The position numbers and the translations under genes were made by a program. The notes under the pieces were generated by a model. That model was not told the origin of the DNA. It saw only the letters and a list, made by a program, of their open reading frames with translations, and searched no databases. 64,000 nt of DNA. Source: Octopus sinensis (lineage: Eukaryota). Positions 1-14,849 of the stretch are shown here, in pieces (the stretch's first letter is position 1; the number at the start of each line of letters is the position of its first letter). Location: assembly GCF_006345805.1 (NCBI RefSeq), contig NC_043005.1, positions 13,950,001 through 14,014,000 of the forward strand, given 5' to 3'.

Positions 1-196
1 AATTTACTACGATTAGATCACATTCTATATAGCTAGATCACATTCTACATACTTTATTGTTTTTTCGCCTCATATTTGATAAATAAATTGTTTAATAGTT
101 ACTCAAAGGGATTCGAATGTTGGTGGAGTGATGGGGAATATGGATCTGACGATGATCGAACATTTGAAAAACAAGTTTATTATCTTTAGGAAGAAA

Positions 197-425
197 AGGC
201 AGCAAGCTGACAGAAGCGTTAGCACACGGGACAAAATATTTAGCGGCATTTCGTCTGTCTCTCGTCAGTCTGAGTTCAAATTCCGCCGAAGTCAATTTTA
301 CCTGTCATTCTTTCGGGGTCGATGAAACTAGTACCAGTTAAGTATACCAGTTAAGTACCGGGATCGATATTATTGACTAGCCCTTTCCTCCAAAATTTCA
401 GCCCTTGTGCCTATAGTAGAAAGAA
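197..425 (+). mobile_element. tRNA-derived SINE family A, degenerate copy
   Basis: Matches the family A copies (gagttcaaattccgccga...tttcggggtcgat...agtaccag) with many substitutions. Confidence 0.7.
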
Positions 426-444
426 ATCCGCGCATTCACACTCC

Positions 445-446
<2 letters not shown>

Positions 447-520
<74 letters not shown>
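447..520. repeat. (GT)n microsatellite
   Basis: Pure GT run. Confidence 0.95.
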
Positions 521-1388
521 TGTGTATGTGTACTGACTTAACATCAGTATCTGAATAGGAATTACTTAATCGACCCCAGAACGCTGAAAGGCCTGATCGG
601 CTCCTGTTGGAATCAGAAATTAGAACAAATACGCTTCGTGCACGTTTGTATATAGGGAGACAAGTGCTGAAGTAATTCGTTTGACAATCATGAGACCCTA
701 GATTCGATCCCACAACTTAGCATCTTAGGCAAATAGACTGTGGTCGATCAAAGCCTTATAAAGAAATTGGGCAGACGGAAACTCTGTAGAAGCCCGTCAG
801 ATCGATAGTATCTTCATTTAAAGGCATAGCCTTGCCACATAGTCTATTACGGTGGATCTACTTGAGAACTATGCTAAGGAGACCAGGGTTTGTGACAATT
901 TCAGCCACTTACACAGCAATGCACTGTGCGCTCCGTTGTAGCTTACTTGATAGAACAACTGAATACCATTGTTGAAACCGACGAAGATCCATTATGTAAT
1001 ATAGCGTATTTATTTGTATGTAAGTCGCATCCCTAATTTAGCATCAAATTTTGATACAATTTTTTCTCTCATATTGAAACTTTCTCTGCAAATGAGTCTC
1101 ACCCCGGTATTTTCAATTAAAATTAAGTATAAAAGAGTGCGAATTATACATGAGCAGATACGGTATATGTCCTGTGTATGTAATGTAATGCGTGTGTGTG
1201 TGTGTGTGTGTGCATGCGCATGAATGTGTGTGTGTGCGCGTGTGTGTGTGTAATTTACAAATGACATCTGAGGTTTATGATAATACTGAGAACTATTTTT
1301 TAAAAAAATTATATGTATTGAAAATTGAAACAGAAACCATGCAAAAAAAAAATTACTTTATACATAACAGCATGAATATAACACTTAC

Positions 1389-1598
1389 GGCAATTCCTTT
1401 TTGCTCCCTAATGGCTGTCCTAGTCATTCCACCTTCAATGCAAGGAAAGCAAGTGTAAAAAAGACCATAAAGAACGCAAGATTTTCCAGTAGCTTCAGCA
1501 TTTTTTCCTGCTGTGTAACATGGAACAAAATATGTAACGATGCATATTCCCAAGTTGTCGAAACAACCGAAAAGACCGTGGCTAAACTCAGCACTCAT
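1389..1598 (-). CDS. PLAC8: PLAC8/cornifelin-family Cys-rich protein, first coding exon (gene continues beyond left edge)
   Basis: MSAEFSHGLFGCFDNLGICIVTYFVPCYTAGKNAEATGKSCVLYGLFYTCFPCIEGGMTRTAIREQKGIA fits the PLAC8 pattern (GLFGCF-D...C..TY..PC..G.NA...R..IRE..GI). Phase-0 donor GCC|gtaagt at 1389/1388; candidate acceptor ttttctatcccag| at 1654 gives a 55-nt 5'UTR part. No C-terminal exon seen in 1-1388. Family-level call only; orthology not established. Confidence 0.88.
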
Positions 1599-2985
1599 GA
1601 TGTCTGCTGTGTATTTTTATTTTATTCCTTCTTATTTAAGAGTTTCTGTGTTTCTGGGATAGAAAATATTCTATCTATATATATCTATATATCTATATCT
1701 ATATATTTATGTATATGATTGTATATAGATACAGATACGTATACGTTTTTGTGTAGGTGTGTGTTTATGATTATGTGAGAGTTTTATACGTGAATGCGTT
1801 TATCACGCGTATTGATCCTTCAAGGAAGGCGGCCTGAGTGGAGGTTTTCACAAGTTGGTCTCTTATATACTGGATAGTTTGTTGCGTACTGGATCAGTAG
1901 GCACAAATGTGGGAGGCGTCAATAACGTTATCTTTGACACTTCACACGCACATTACGAGTTGGATTTTCAGTTTAATTTTTTCTCTCTTACTTTCTTACT
2001 TAGACTTTCCTATTTTATTTGTTCGTTCTTACTTTTCTTGATTCTTCGTGTTCCCCCCTTTTTTTTTTGCGTAATTTTCTGGGGAGTTTAAAAGTTTAAA
2101 TAAAATGTTTTGTATTTAATGCAAAAAAACGCGCACTTATAAAATTATAATTCTCATTTACCCTACTCTCTTGATCACTTTCCTCTCTCTTTCCCTCCCT
2201 CACCTCTCTCTGTCTCTCTCCCTTTCCCTCCCTCACCTCTCTCTGTCTCTCTCCCTTTCCCCTCTCTCTCTCTTTCTCTCTATCTCTGACTCATTCACAC
2301 GCTCATGCACACACAAAGACACATACACACACACACACCACACGCACACAGTAGCATAATATAATGATCGGACATACACAAGCTTAATATAGATCTGTAG
2401 ACATTACACACATTCACACACATACACACACACACTCACACACACACACACACCACATGCATACACACACACACTCACACTCACACACACGCACACGCAG
2501 AAACATTTTATTGCTGCGAATACTTACAGATATGTGTGTGCGCTCACACACACACATATACACACGCGCGCGAGCAAGCCCTCCTTGGCATGATACAATA
2601 ATGGGATATACGCAAACTTTGTATAAATCTATATACATTCACATTCACACACATACTTAAACATACATAAACGTACTCACACACACACACATACACACAC
2701 ACACACACACACAGTAATAGGGGCATTGTATTGATGTTGACACTTAAAGACATAAGTGTGTGTGCGCGCACACATACATACAACATACAGAATACACACC
2801 CATAAACACGCACACACGCACACACACACAAACAAAATATGTTTAGATACACACACATATACATAGATACAGTATTAATGTGCATACACATACACATATA
2901 TACGCACGTATAAAAAGAGACGAAGAGTATAAATGTGTACGCTGACGCACACATACATGCATATATACATATATACACACATGCA

Positions 2986-3025
<40 letters not shown>

Positions 3026-3026
<1 letters not shown>

Positions 3027-3393
3027 CTCTTTTCTCTCTTTTACTTGTTTCAGTCATTTGACTGCGGCCATGCTGGAGCACCACCTTTTAGTACTTATTC
3101 TATCGGTCTCTTTTTGCCGAACCGCTAAGTGACGGGGACGTAAACACACCAGCATCGGTTGTCAAGCAATGCTGGGGGGACAAACACAGACACACAAACA
3201 CACACACACATATACATATATATACATATATACGACAGGCTTCTTTCAGTTTCCGTCTACCTAATCCACTCACAAGGCATTGGTCGGCCCGGGGCTATAG
3301 CAGAAGACACTTGCCCAAGATGCCACGCAGTGGGACTGAACCCGCAACCGTGTGGTTGGTTAGCAAGCTACTTACCACACAGCCACTCCTACG

Positions 3394-3394
<1 letters not shown>
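3026..3394 (-). mobile_element. tRNA-derived SINE family B (head + internal microsatellite + tail)
   Basis: Head ggcgtaggagtggctgtgtggtaag..gggttcagtcccact, then ccttgggcaagtgtctt, an internal TA/CA tract, and tail ending gcagtcaaatgactgaaacaagtaaaagag. Many copies in the window. Confidence 0.9.
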
Positions 3395-3462
<68 letters not shown>

Positions 3463-3473
3463 TATATATATAT

Positions 3474-3505
<32 letters not shown>

Positions 3506-3506
3506 G

Positions 3507-3736
3507 TTTCTTTATTGCCCATAAGGGGCTAAACATAGAGGGGACAAACAAGGACAGACAAACGGATTAAGTCGATTACATCGACCCCAGTGCGTAACTG
3601 GTACTTAATTTATCGACCCCGAAAGGATGAAAGGCAAAGTCGACCTCGGCGGAATTTGAACTCAGAACGCAACGACAGACGCAATACCGCTAAGCATTTC
3701 GCCCGGCGTGCTAACGTTTCTGCCTGCTCGCCGCCT
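3507..3736 (-). mobile_element. tRNA-derived SINE family A (Meta/MESC-like central domain)
   Basis: About 230 bp, near-identical to copies at 9595, 19299, 24200, 30778, 38675, 56921 and 60705. B-box-like gagttcaaattcc; core gcctttcatcctttcggggtcgataaattaagtaccag resembles the Meta-SINE domain (recalled, not searched). Confidence 0.9.
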
Positions 3737-3784
3737 TATATACACATACATACATGCACAAATATATATACATACATGTACGGA

Positions 3785-3846
<62 letters not shown>

Positions 3847-4057
3847 CATACATATATGCATGCATTCATACATGCATACATACATTCATGCATGTACACA
3901 TCTATACATACATGCATACAGACATTTATACATACATAATCCCTCGACTATCGCGGGTGTTGCATTCCAACTGCTCTCCCCGCGACCCGCGATGGGTTAA
4001 AGTCCGCGATGTAGAAACAGTACTGTACTGCATATTATTTTTTACTGTACTCTTTTA

Positions 4058-4321
4058 TTCTTTTATTTTGGTTTAGTCATTTGACTGCGGCCATGCTGGA
4101 GCACCGCCTTTAGTCGAGCAAATCGACCCCAGGATTTTATTCTTTGGAAGCCTGGTATTTATTCTATCGGTCTCTTTTGCCGAACCGCTAAGTTACGAGG
4201 ACGTAGACACACCATTATCGGTTGTCAAGCGATGATGGGGAGACAAACACAGTCACACAAACATATACACATACATACATATATAGATATATATATGTAT
4301 GTGTGTGTATATACACACCAC

Positions 4322-4353
<32 letters not shown>

Positions 4354-4532
4354 ATATATATGTATGTATGTATATATATATATATCTATATGTTGTGTGT
4401 GTGTATATATGTATGTATATATATATATATAATATGTGTATATACACACACATACATATATATATCTATATATGTATGTGTATATGTTTGTGTGACTATA
4501 TATATATATATATATATGTGTGTATATATATG

Positions 4533-4580
<48 letters not shown>

Positions 4581-4760
4581 TATATATATACATATATGCG
4601 ACGGGCTTCTTTACAGTTTCTGTCTACAAAATCCACTCACGAGGCTTTGGTCGGCTCGAGGCTATAGTAGAAGACACTTGTCCAAGGTGTCACGCAGTGG
4701 GACTGAACCCGGAACCATGTGGATAGTAAGCAAGCCACTTACCACACAGCCACTCCTACG
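4058..4760 (-). mobile_element. SINE family B with expanded internal microsatellite, inserted into a MITE
   Basis: Tail 4058-4260, ~340 bp TA/CA tract, head 4598-4760; it splits the MITE that is contiguous at 6205-6423. Confidence 0.88.
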
Positions 4761-5797
4761 ATACTTTTTTTTTAAAATTATTTTTTATAATTTACATATA
4801 TTTATTTTATTATAAATGTACGGAAGAATCGACGTTAGCTTAAATAATAAACCTTATTTTTTTGTGTTCCCTTTTTTACGTAATTTTCTGGGGACTTTCA
4901 AAGTTTGAATAAAATGTTTGTATTTAATGCATAAACGCGCACTTGTAAAATTATAACTCTCATTTAGTATACTCTCACGATCCCTTTCTCACTCCCTCTG
5001 CCTGTCCTTTCTCTTTCCCTCCCCTTCTCTCCTCTCACTCTCACTCTCTCTCTCTCTCTCTCTCTGACTAATTCATAGGTTCATACACACACAATACACA
5101 CCGCACACACACACACACACAGTGGCATAATATAGAGGTCGGACACACACAAGCTTAATATAGATTTGTAGACATTCACACACATTTACACGCATACTCA
5201 CACACAAAAATATACTCATACACACACACACGCTCACACACACACATGCATACACACACTCACACACACACACCACTCGCACACACACAGAAGCATTCTG
5301 TTGCTGCGAACACTTACAGACACACACGCACGCAAGCCCTCCTTGGCATGATACAATAATGGGATATACACAAACTTTGTATAAATCTATATACATTCAG
5401 AAACATTCACACACATACTTAAACATGTATAAACGTACTCACACACACACACGTATATACACATACACACACATACACACACATACAACACACACACATA
5501 CACATACACACACATAGAACGCACACACATTCACAAGCACACACATACACACAAACAGAATAGGTTTAGACACATACATACTCAGACATAGATATTGTAT
5601 TAATGTGCATACACACACACATATATATACACACCTACAAAAAGAGACGAAGAGTATAAATGTGCACGCTGACGCACACATACATATATACACACATACA
5701 TATATACATACATGCATGAATATATGCACACACATATATGCATACATACATGCATACATACATACACGCATGCATATATATATATATATAATATATA

Positions 5798-5851
<54 letters not shown>

Positions 5852-5856
<5 letters not shown>

Positions 5857-6055
5857 TAATCCAAAAAGAAAACAAAACAAAAAACACAACGCGAGGACGT
5901 GGAACAAATAAAGTATTATTGGACGCTCAGGAAAGAAGGGAAGAAGGAGGGTTTCACGTTTCGAGCGGAGCTCTTCGTCGGAAATTAGAAGGAAAGATCC
6001 CGAGAAGGGAAGACAGGGGAAAAAATCGCTAGTGATACAGACGAGGTCACATACT

Positions 6056-6056
<1 letters not shown>
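5852..6056 (-). mobile_element. (TA)n-flanked Penelope-type fragment with degenerate hammerhead motif
   Basis: Minus strand 5985-5951 reads UUU CCGACGA A GAGC ucc GCUC GAAAC GUG AAA. Related to 26815-26987 and 40715-40870 (shared gtatta....cgctcaggaa). Confidence 0.6.
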
Positions 6057-6088
<32 letters not shown>

Positions 6089-6204
6089 GATATATATATA
6101 TATATATATATATCTATATATATATATATATATATAAAATATATATATATATAAAATATATATATATACATCCATGCAGACATACATATATACATGCATG
6201 CATG

Positions 6205-6423
6205 CATAGTCCCTCGACTATCGCGGTTATTACATTCCAAAACCCCGCGTGAACCAGGACAGTACTGCATATTATTTTTACTGTATCTTTTTAATTATTT
6301 TTATAATAATTTGCATATATTTATTTTATTATGAATGTACGGAAGAATCGACGTTAGCTTAAATAACAAACCGCAATAGATGAACCGCGATATGTGAACC
6401 GCGATATGATGAGGGATTACTGT
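6205..6423. mobile_element. Tc1/mariner (Tigger-like) MITE
   Basis: Imperfect TIRs tagtccctcgactatcgcggtt / aaccgcgatatgatgagggattactgta; second, interrupted copy at 3937-4853. Confidence 0.65.
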
Positions 6424-7016
6424 ACATGCATAAATATATAAATGCATACATACATATACACATACATGCATATATACATGCATGCATACATACATGCATA
6501 CATGCATACATACACACATACATTCATGCATTCATACATATTTGAATACATACATGCATACATGCATATGTACATAAATACATACATATATATACACATA
6601 CACGCATACATACATGTATGCATGCATACTTACATGCATACATACATGCATACATACTTATCACTGGAACTGTAAAAGTCTGTAAAACTTTTCAGAAGTT
6701 AATCATTTAAATATACATGAGCATGTCTATATATGCAACTATATGCATGAGATTACATACAAAAAATATACAAATCTGCATATGCATGCATACACACAAA
6801 CAAAAATACCCTGTTATTGATGTTGAAATTCCAGTGAATGAGCCTTGGATCCAGGTTAGAAACCGGTTTTTTCTCTATTGGCAAGAAATCTTGAAATAAA
6901 CTGAATAATGACATACATTCATACATACATACATGCATACACAGACACAGATGTAGTATGTACACACACGTAGATATGATATAAATAGTATATGCACTAA
7001 CACATATATAGTACAA

Positions 7017-7089
<73 letters not shown>

Positions 7090-7399
7090 ATACACACACA
7101 ATCACACACGTACACAGACAACGAATGTATCCGAAAGATATTTGAACAAGGTGGGACATGACTGTTTTTAGACCACATTCTTCAGAATTTTCAAGGAAGT
7201 TTCATAGAACCTGTTATTGACCCCCTCCATAAAGTATGGAACAATGGTCTAGGTGAACGACATCTGCTCTATAAGCCCTATAATGTGTGCGCGCACGCAC
7301 ACACACATAGTGTAAGCAGTCGCAGGAATAATAGAAAATGTTCATTCACTCGCACTCACATTCTCAGACAATATAAAGTGTACACACACACAAATACTG

Positions 7400-7425
7400 T
7401 CTATTTGCCTGCCTGCTTATCTATC

Positions 7426-7479
<54 letters not shown>

Positions 7480-7610
7480 TATCTGTCTGTCGGTCTGTCT
7501 GTCTGTCTGTCTCTCTATCTATCTATCTATATATCTATCTATCTGTCTGTCTGTCTGTCTGTCTGTCGGTTGTCTGTCTGTATCTGTCTGTCTGTCTGTC
7601 TGTCTGTCGG

Positions 7611-7661
<51 letters not shown>

Positions 7662-7779
7662 TCTATCTGTCTGTCTGTCTGTCTATCTGTCTATCTATCT
7701 ATTATCTATCTATCTATCCATCTATCTATCTGTCTGTCTGTCTGTCTGTCTGCCTGTCTGTCTGTCTATCTATCTATTA

Positions 7780-7811
<32 letters not shown>

Positions 7812-8436
7812 ACACAAAATTCAAAATTCCGAAGTTGTTCAATCATGTATTCACGAACAGAATATAGTCTTCACACATTGAAACAGTCATATCACAGGCT
7901 CACACAATCTTTTACACACAGAGACTCTTTCTCTCTCTTCCTCTCTCTCTCTCTCTCTCTCTCTCACCCTTTCTCCCTTTCTCTCCCTCTCGCTCCCTCT
8001 CGCTCTCTCTTTTCCTCTCTCCCCCTCTTACTCCCCTTTCCACCTCTCTCTCACTCTCTCTCTCCCTCTCACTCCTTCCCTCTCTTTCTCTTCCTTTCTC
8101 TACCTATCTCTCTTTCTCTCTCTCTCTCACCCTTTCTCCCTTTCTCTCCCTCTCGCTCCCTCTCGCTCTCTCTTTTCCTCTCTCCCCCTCTTACTCCCCT
8201 TTCCACCTCTCTCTCACTCTCTCTCCCTCTCACTCCTTCCCTCTCTCTCTCTTCCTTTCTCTACCTATCTCTCTTTCTCATACACACATGCATATGCATA
8301 TACACACACACACACACGTAGTGATTTCTCTCACAGACGGATAGAAAGACAGACAGACAGGTTGATTGATAGATAGATAGATAGATAGATAGATGATAGA
8401 TAGATAGATAGATAGATAGATAGAAGATAGATAGAT

Positions 8437-8517
<81 letters not shown>

Positions 8518-8580
8518 GATAGATAGATAGATAAGCAGGCACGCAAATAGACAGACAGATAGATAGACAGATAGATAGAA
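7400..8580. repeat. Compound simple repeats: (TCTA/TCTG)n 7400-7810, CT-rich ~160-bp unit duplicated 7960-8277, (GATA)n 8368-8580
   Basis: Visible directly; accounts for the SVCL/SIYL ORFs. Confidence 0.9.
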
Positions 8581-8769
8581 ATAATCCTACATACCTACAT
8601 AACATGTAAACGTATATACCTGCAACTACACCTCCTTACATAGACGTATCTATTCATAGGTACTTCTGCATACACGCACCTGCAAAAATTAAAAGCCAAA
8701 TTTCTTTAAAATAAAACACACCCTACAGTCTAAAATAAAGGACTAACTGAATTTTTGAAGTTATAAAGT

Positions 8770-8900
8770 ACTAGCAGTATCGCCCGGCGTTGCTCGAGTT
8801 TGTAAGGGAAATAACTATATAAGCATTTTTAGAGATGTAAAGTATAATAGCCATATCAAAGGGGGGGGGGTGTTACTGTAGCTTTTTACGTTCTGAGATT
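8770..8900 (-). mobile_element. Non-autonomous Helitron 3' end
   Basis: Reverse complement ends ..ctcgagcaacgccgggcgatactgCTAGt (hairpin + CTAG); matches the 3' end of 43082-43591. Confidence 0.7.
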
Positions 8901-8935
8901 TAATAATAAATTTTTAAAAATGGGAAAAAATTACG

Positions 8936-9900
8936 AATGGCACTCACCTGTCAGTGATAGTGAAGAGTAGAAAGCCAAGATGTCACATATGTGTATCTGT
9001 GACTCACTTAAAGGTTTTCTGCCCTCAAACAAAGAAGACGAACCACCCACTGCTCCAACACCACAAAATTAAAATCAAGTGGTAATGCTAAGGGTTCCAA
9101 TACTCACGCCCAAACCAAGACAAGGAAGGTGTTTACTTCCGAATCCCACGGAAAAGCAAGCTTTTCCTGAGCGCCTTGCTCTCCAAACCAACAACAACAG
9201 CAATGACATAAAGAAAGAAGAGCAGGCCGAAATATAGATTACTGTAACAAAAGGAGACAGGCGAAAAGGGAGGAGGATAGATACATAGCCTTACTCCAAG
9301 AAAACAGAAAGCAAAAAAAAAAAACAACCAAGAACCACATCTGCAGCCCAATTCAAAACTACTCCAACAATAACAACAAAAGCAGCAACATTATCAACAG
9401 CAAGAAAATACAGAATCAATCAATTATGAAATTGCAAGATTAACTAAATTCTATAAGCAAAATGTATCCATCGATTTCACTGTTGTGAACAAAAACAACA
9501 AGGAATTGAAAGATTTAGTGAATCAAAATGAAAGCAAGATTCAGGTAGGAGGAAAGGAATTTAAGGCTTTTATCCTCAAAACCAAAATCATACCTATTTC
9601 TTTACTACCCACAAGGGGCTAAACACAGAGAGGACAAACAAGGACAGACAAACGGATTAAGTCGATTATATCGACCCCAGTGCGTAACTGGTACTTATTT
9701 AATCGACCCCGAAAGGATGAAAGGCAAAGTCGACCTCGGCGGAATTTGAACTCAGAACGTAGCGATAGACGAAATACGGCTACGCATTTCGCCCGGCGTG
9801 CTAACGTTTCTGCCAGCCCACCGCCTTTCAAAACCAAAATCATACCGCCTTAGCTTTAAACGGCCACGTGACCACAAAGAATTATGTTTTTCATCTTCGC
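8936..9900 (+). mobile_element. Degraded gag-like/LINE ORF1 fragment with CCHC zinc knuckle
   Basis: 8936-9030 translates NGTHLSVIVKSRKPRCHICVSVTHLKVFCPQ (CX2CX4HX4C at 8981-9022); A-rich degraded continuation, interrupted by a SINE. Right boundary approximate. Confidence 0.55.
9595..9827 (-). mobile_element. SINE family A with 19-bp TSD
   Basis: TSD tcaaaaccaaaatcatacc at 9576-9594 and 9828-9846. Confidence 0.93.
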
Positions 9901-10791
9901 TTTGCAAAGCCAGAGAGCGGAGTTCAAAGTCGCGTCGTTCGAACACAGAATTATCTGAATATATATTTTTCGTTCGTAACAATAATCTGTTATTTTTTAT
10001 GTGTAAAATATGGTAAAGGAGTGTGGCTGTTAAACCCTATTTAGGAAATGCTGAGCTACAAAAGGTTAAAAACCACAACTTAAAAGATAGAGGTGATTCC
10101 TTGCTACATTTATTTAGGTAAGGCATGAACATCATGTTGTCTTAAAGACATTTTCCTGTAAAATTTGGAAAGCTTAATCAATCAAACTGTAATTGAAACA
10201 AAAAATTTGAAGTGGTGAATGCCAAAAATTAGAACCAATTTCGAATACTGCGCGAACCAATTTCAAATACTTTTTGTAAGAATTACATTTTGCTTTCTTT
10301 TCTTTTATGGCTACTAAACTAATCTGTAAGAAATTCTATGAAGAGCACAAATTCTAATTCTCTTATCTTGTTTATTTTAAGAAAGATATTGAAATTTACC
10401 GGCGTGGTAACAGCGTGTGTGTGTGACCCGGGAAGCCCTTGAGCTTTCTGCTCCACCTCTAGGGGTGGGGTGGGATACGCAGCCTATACAGCAGATCCAA
10501 AAGTGCCGCTCCAATAAAAGCGTCGTTCGGAGCGGATCGCATTATCTTGCTTTGTTACTGTTTGAAGTGTTTGGCAATGAGTGGTGCCTGTCTGTGAAAC
10601 AATCTCGAAACCTTGTAAAAATGATTTTTTTAAATCTTTGCTTTTTTGAAATCCTTATTATACTTATCTATTTGAGAAAGTCAAAGAGATAGCAACACTT
10701 TTATCTTGCTGTTTTATATCTTCCTTCAAGTGTTTTCGGTAAAATCAGTTACAGATCGTTGTTAAAATAATTTCACTTTGTTTTTTTATAT

Positions 10792-10930
10792 TAGGTTGTC
10801 CCAAAAGTTCGTAAACACTTGCGAAAATTGAATTTTTACTCGCCAAGTACTAACAAAAACAACAAAAATTATTCCTCAAAATAAAGACCATTATTTTCCA
10901 AGACTTTCTACGAACTTTTGGGACAACCTT
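10792..10930. mobile_element. Mariner-type MITE (~140 bp)
   Basis: TIRs aggttgtcccaaaagttcgta / tacgaacttttgggacaacct in TA context. Confidence 0.8.
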
Positions 10931-11599
10931 ATATTTATAGTATTTATTATCAATTGGAAAGTCAGCAAGTTACAGAACGTCATTCCGCCATCTCATCGTA
11001 TATTGAAAGCTGACCGGAAAAAGCTTTGGCTCTGTATTCGTAATTGAATCCACTGTTTACGCTCTTTCCTGATTTCTAAACAGAGTTCTTAAGAAGAAAA
11101 AAAAACAGAATAGGAAAAGACAGGACAGAAACAGCCGCGCTTTTTGATATAATTTCTACAATCCCAATAAGTGAAGGAAGGGAGTGTCAAACCGTAACAG
11201 TATGTTTTATAAACATCAGGTCACTTGTTGAAAATTTGACATTTCTCGCTTGCAGTGTCATGTTTAAAAATAGTAACAACGATTTCTTATATTTGCTATA
11301 GAGCCATAGGAGAGAGGAACACCACAAGGACAGTCTAGAATTTATATGGGAGTTCGCATAAAAGGTGAGGGGAAAGGAAGTGAAAGGACGGTGAAATGAG
11401 ACAACGTAACAAAGTATATGAACGCATGAATGATGCAGTCCTCTTGATGTAGGAGAAATTCCAACATGGACCAATCAAGGAACTCCACAAATCTAAGATT
11501 ACCCTGACTACCAAAGGTACGAGCTCTCACCCAACTATTGCTCGCCAATCTATAGGCACACACACTCAGTCACTATCGACACTATAGTCACTAGTGAGA

Positions 11600-11880
11600 G
11601 AGAGAGGAATACCGCCTACCGTGCTTTGTTAAAGTGGGTGTTGGGGGCTCCTCCGGATGGATTCGGCCAAGAACCGGATTCGTCCTTCACTCGACATCAG
11701 TGCTTTGATATAATTCCACAAGTCAGCAAAGCTCGAAACCTGCATGAGTGTGTATAGTACGGTTTTTGTCGTTCTGCGTGCATCTTGTGGAGTCTCACTT
11801 GGCGGCACTTCCGTGTCAATAAAGATTATCACGAACCACCAGTGCTCTTCGGTAGCACTTTCAGACCAGAAATTCCTGTA
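11600..11880 (-). mobile_element. Penelope-like element 3' fragment (GIY-YIG C-terminus) followed by decayed hammerhead
   Basis: Mixed frames give SESATEEHWW..IIFIDTEV..RTIHTHAGFE/ADLWNYIKAL, like the PLE endonuclease end (SA.AEH.W...N.D.G.EL...W). Immediately followed by gcaCUGAUGucgagugaaGGACGAAuccgguuc (11707-11668). Confidence 0.45.
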
Positions 11881-11899
11881 AATTATTAACACTAAACTT

Positions 11900-11975
11900 A
11901 CTACTACTACTAATAATAATAATAATAATAATAATATAATAATAATAATAATAATAACAATAATAATAATAATAC

Positions 11976-12023
<48 letters not shown>

Positions 12024-12072
12024 TAATAATAATAATAACAATAATAATAATAACAATAATAATAATAATAAT
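11900..12072. repeat. (AAT)n microsatellite
   Basis: Visible directly. Confidence 0.95.
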
Positions 12073-13030
<958 letters not shown>

Positions 13031-13274
13031 ATCTATCTTCAACGAAAGGAAGGCAGCAGATATCTAATCCAGCTTGAAACGTCCAATAAAACGACTGTGA
13101 TAGGATTTCAAGTGTGCATCCAAAGTAACACCGACTGAATGACACAGCTCGTAACATAATATGAACAAAATAAGAGACTGCTCTCACTCTCAAAGGAAGC
13201 ATAGAAATATAGACAGCTCGTAAGGTAATATGCTCAAAGGAAGCATATAAATACAGAGAAGAACATAACTTCCC

Positions 13275-14361
<1,087 letters not shown>

Positions 14362-14439
14362 TATCTATAAAATATATATATATGTGTGTGTGTGTGTGTA
14401 TGTGTGTGTGTGTGTGTGTGTTTGTGTGTGTGAGTGTGT

Positions 14440-14665
14440 GTGTGTGTATGTCCCCCCACCCGCCAGTTAGGCAACTGATTCGCAACCCATGTTGGTGCGT
14501 TTATGTCCCCGTAAATTAGCGGTTCGGTAAAAGAGCTGCTAATTTACGCTTAGTGCTAGGCTTACAAAGAAAAGGTCTTGGGGATCAATTTCTTCGACTA
14601 AAAACCTTTAAGGTGGTGCTCCAGCATGGCCGCAGTCAAATGACTGAAACGGCGTGTAAAAGAAA
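14440..14665 (+). mobile_element. SINE family B tail
   Basis: ggtgctccagcatggccgcagtcaaatgactgaaac. Confidence 0.8.
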
Positions 14666-14849
14666 ATATGTATGCAAAATATGTATGCTGTTTGTGTATG
14701 AGTCTGCGTGTGTGAACGGGCGTAAAAATTTATATAATCAGAGTCCCAAAATATGGGAAGAGCCACTCGGAAGAATAATGAATCAGAAACCCAACCACCT
14801 TCTGCTCTGGGTGCATGACATATTTCAAATCCAATAACATTGGCGAAAT

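Larger units (their letters stand above)
2048..6372. repeat. Old tandem segmental duplication (copy 1 ~2048-4853, copy 2 ~4864-6372)
   Basis: Shared unique blocks in the same order: cgtaattttctggg..aacgcgcactt (2070/4879), acacaagcttaatatagat (~2376/~5147), gcaagccctccttggcatgatacaataatggg (2574/5332), aaaagagacgaagagtataaatgtg (~2912/~5640), MITE (3937/6205). Confidence 0.85.

Noticed and set aside
3590-3787. Recurrent [29 protein letters not shown] (also 19384, 38616, 56774)
   Set aside because: Antisense reading of SINE family A; recurrence reflects repeat copies.
6830-6872. GCCU/AGGU stem followed by GAAACCGGUU; similar partial motifs at ~17875-17915, ~34335-34365 and ~47748-47780
   Set aside because: 5' core or stems too far from the hammerhead consensus to call from single copies.
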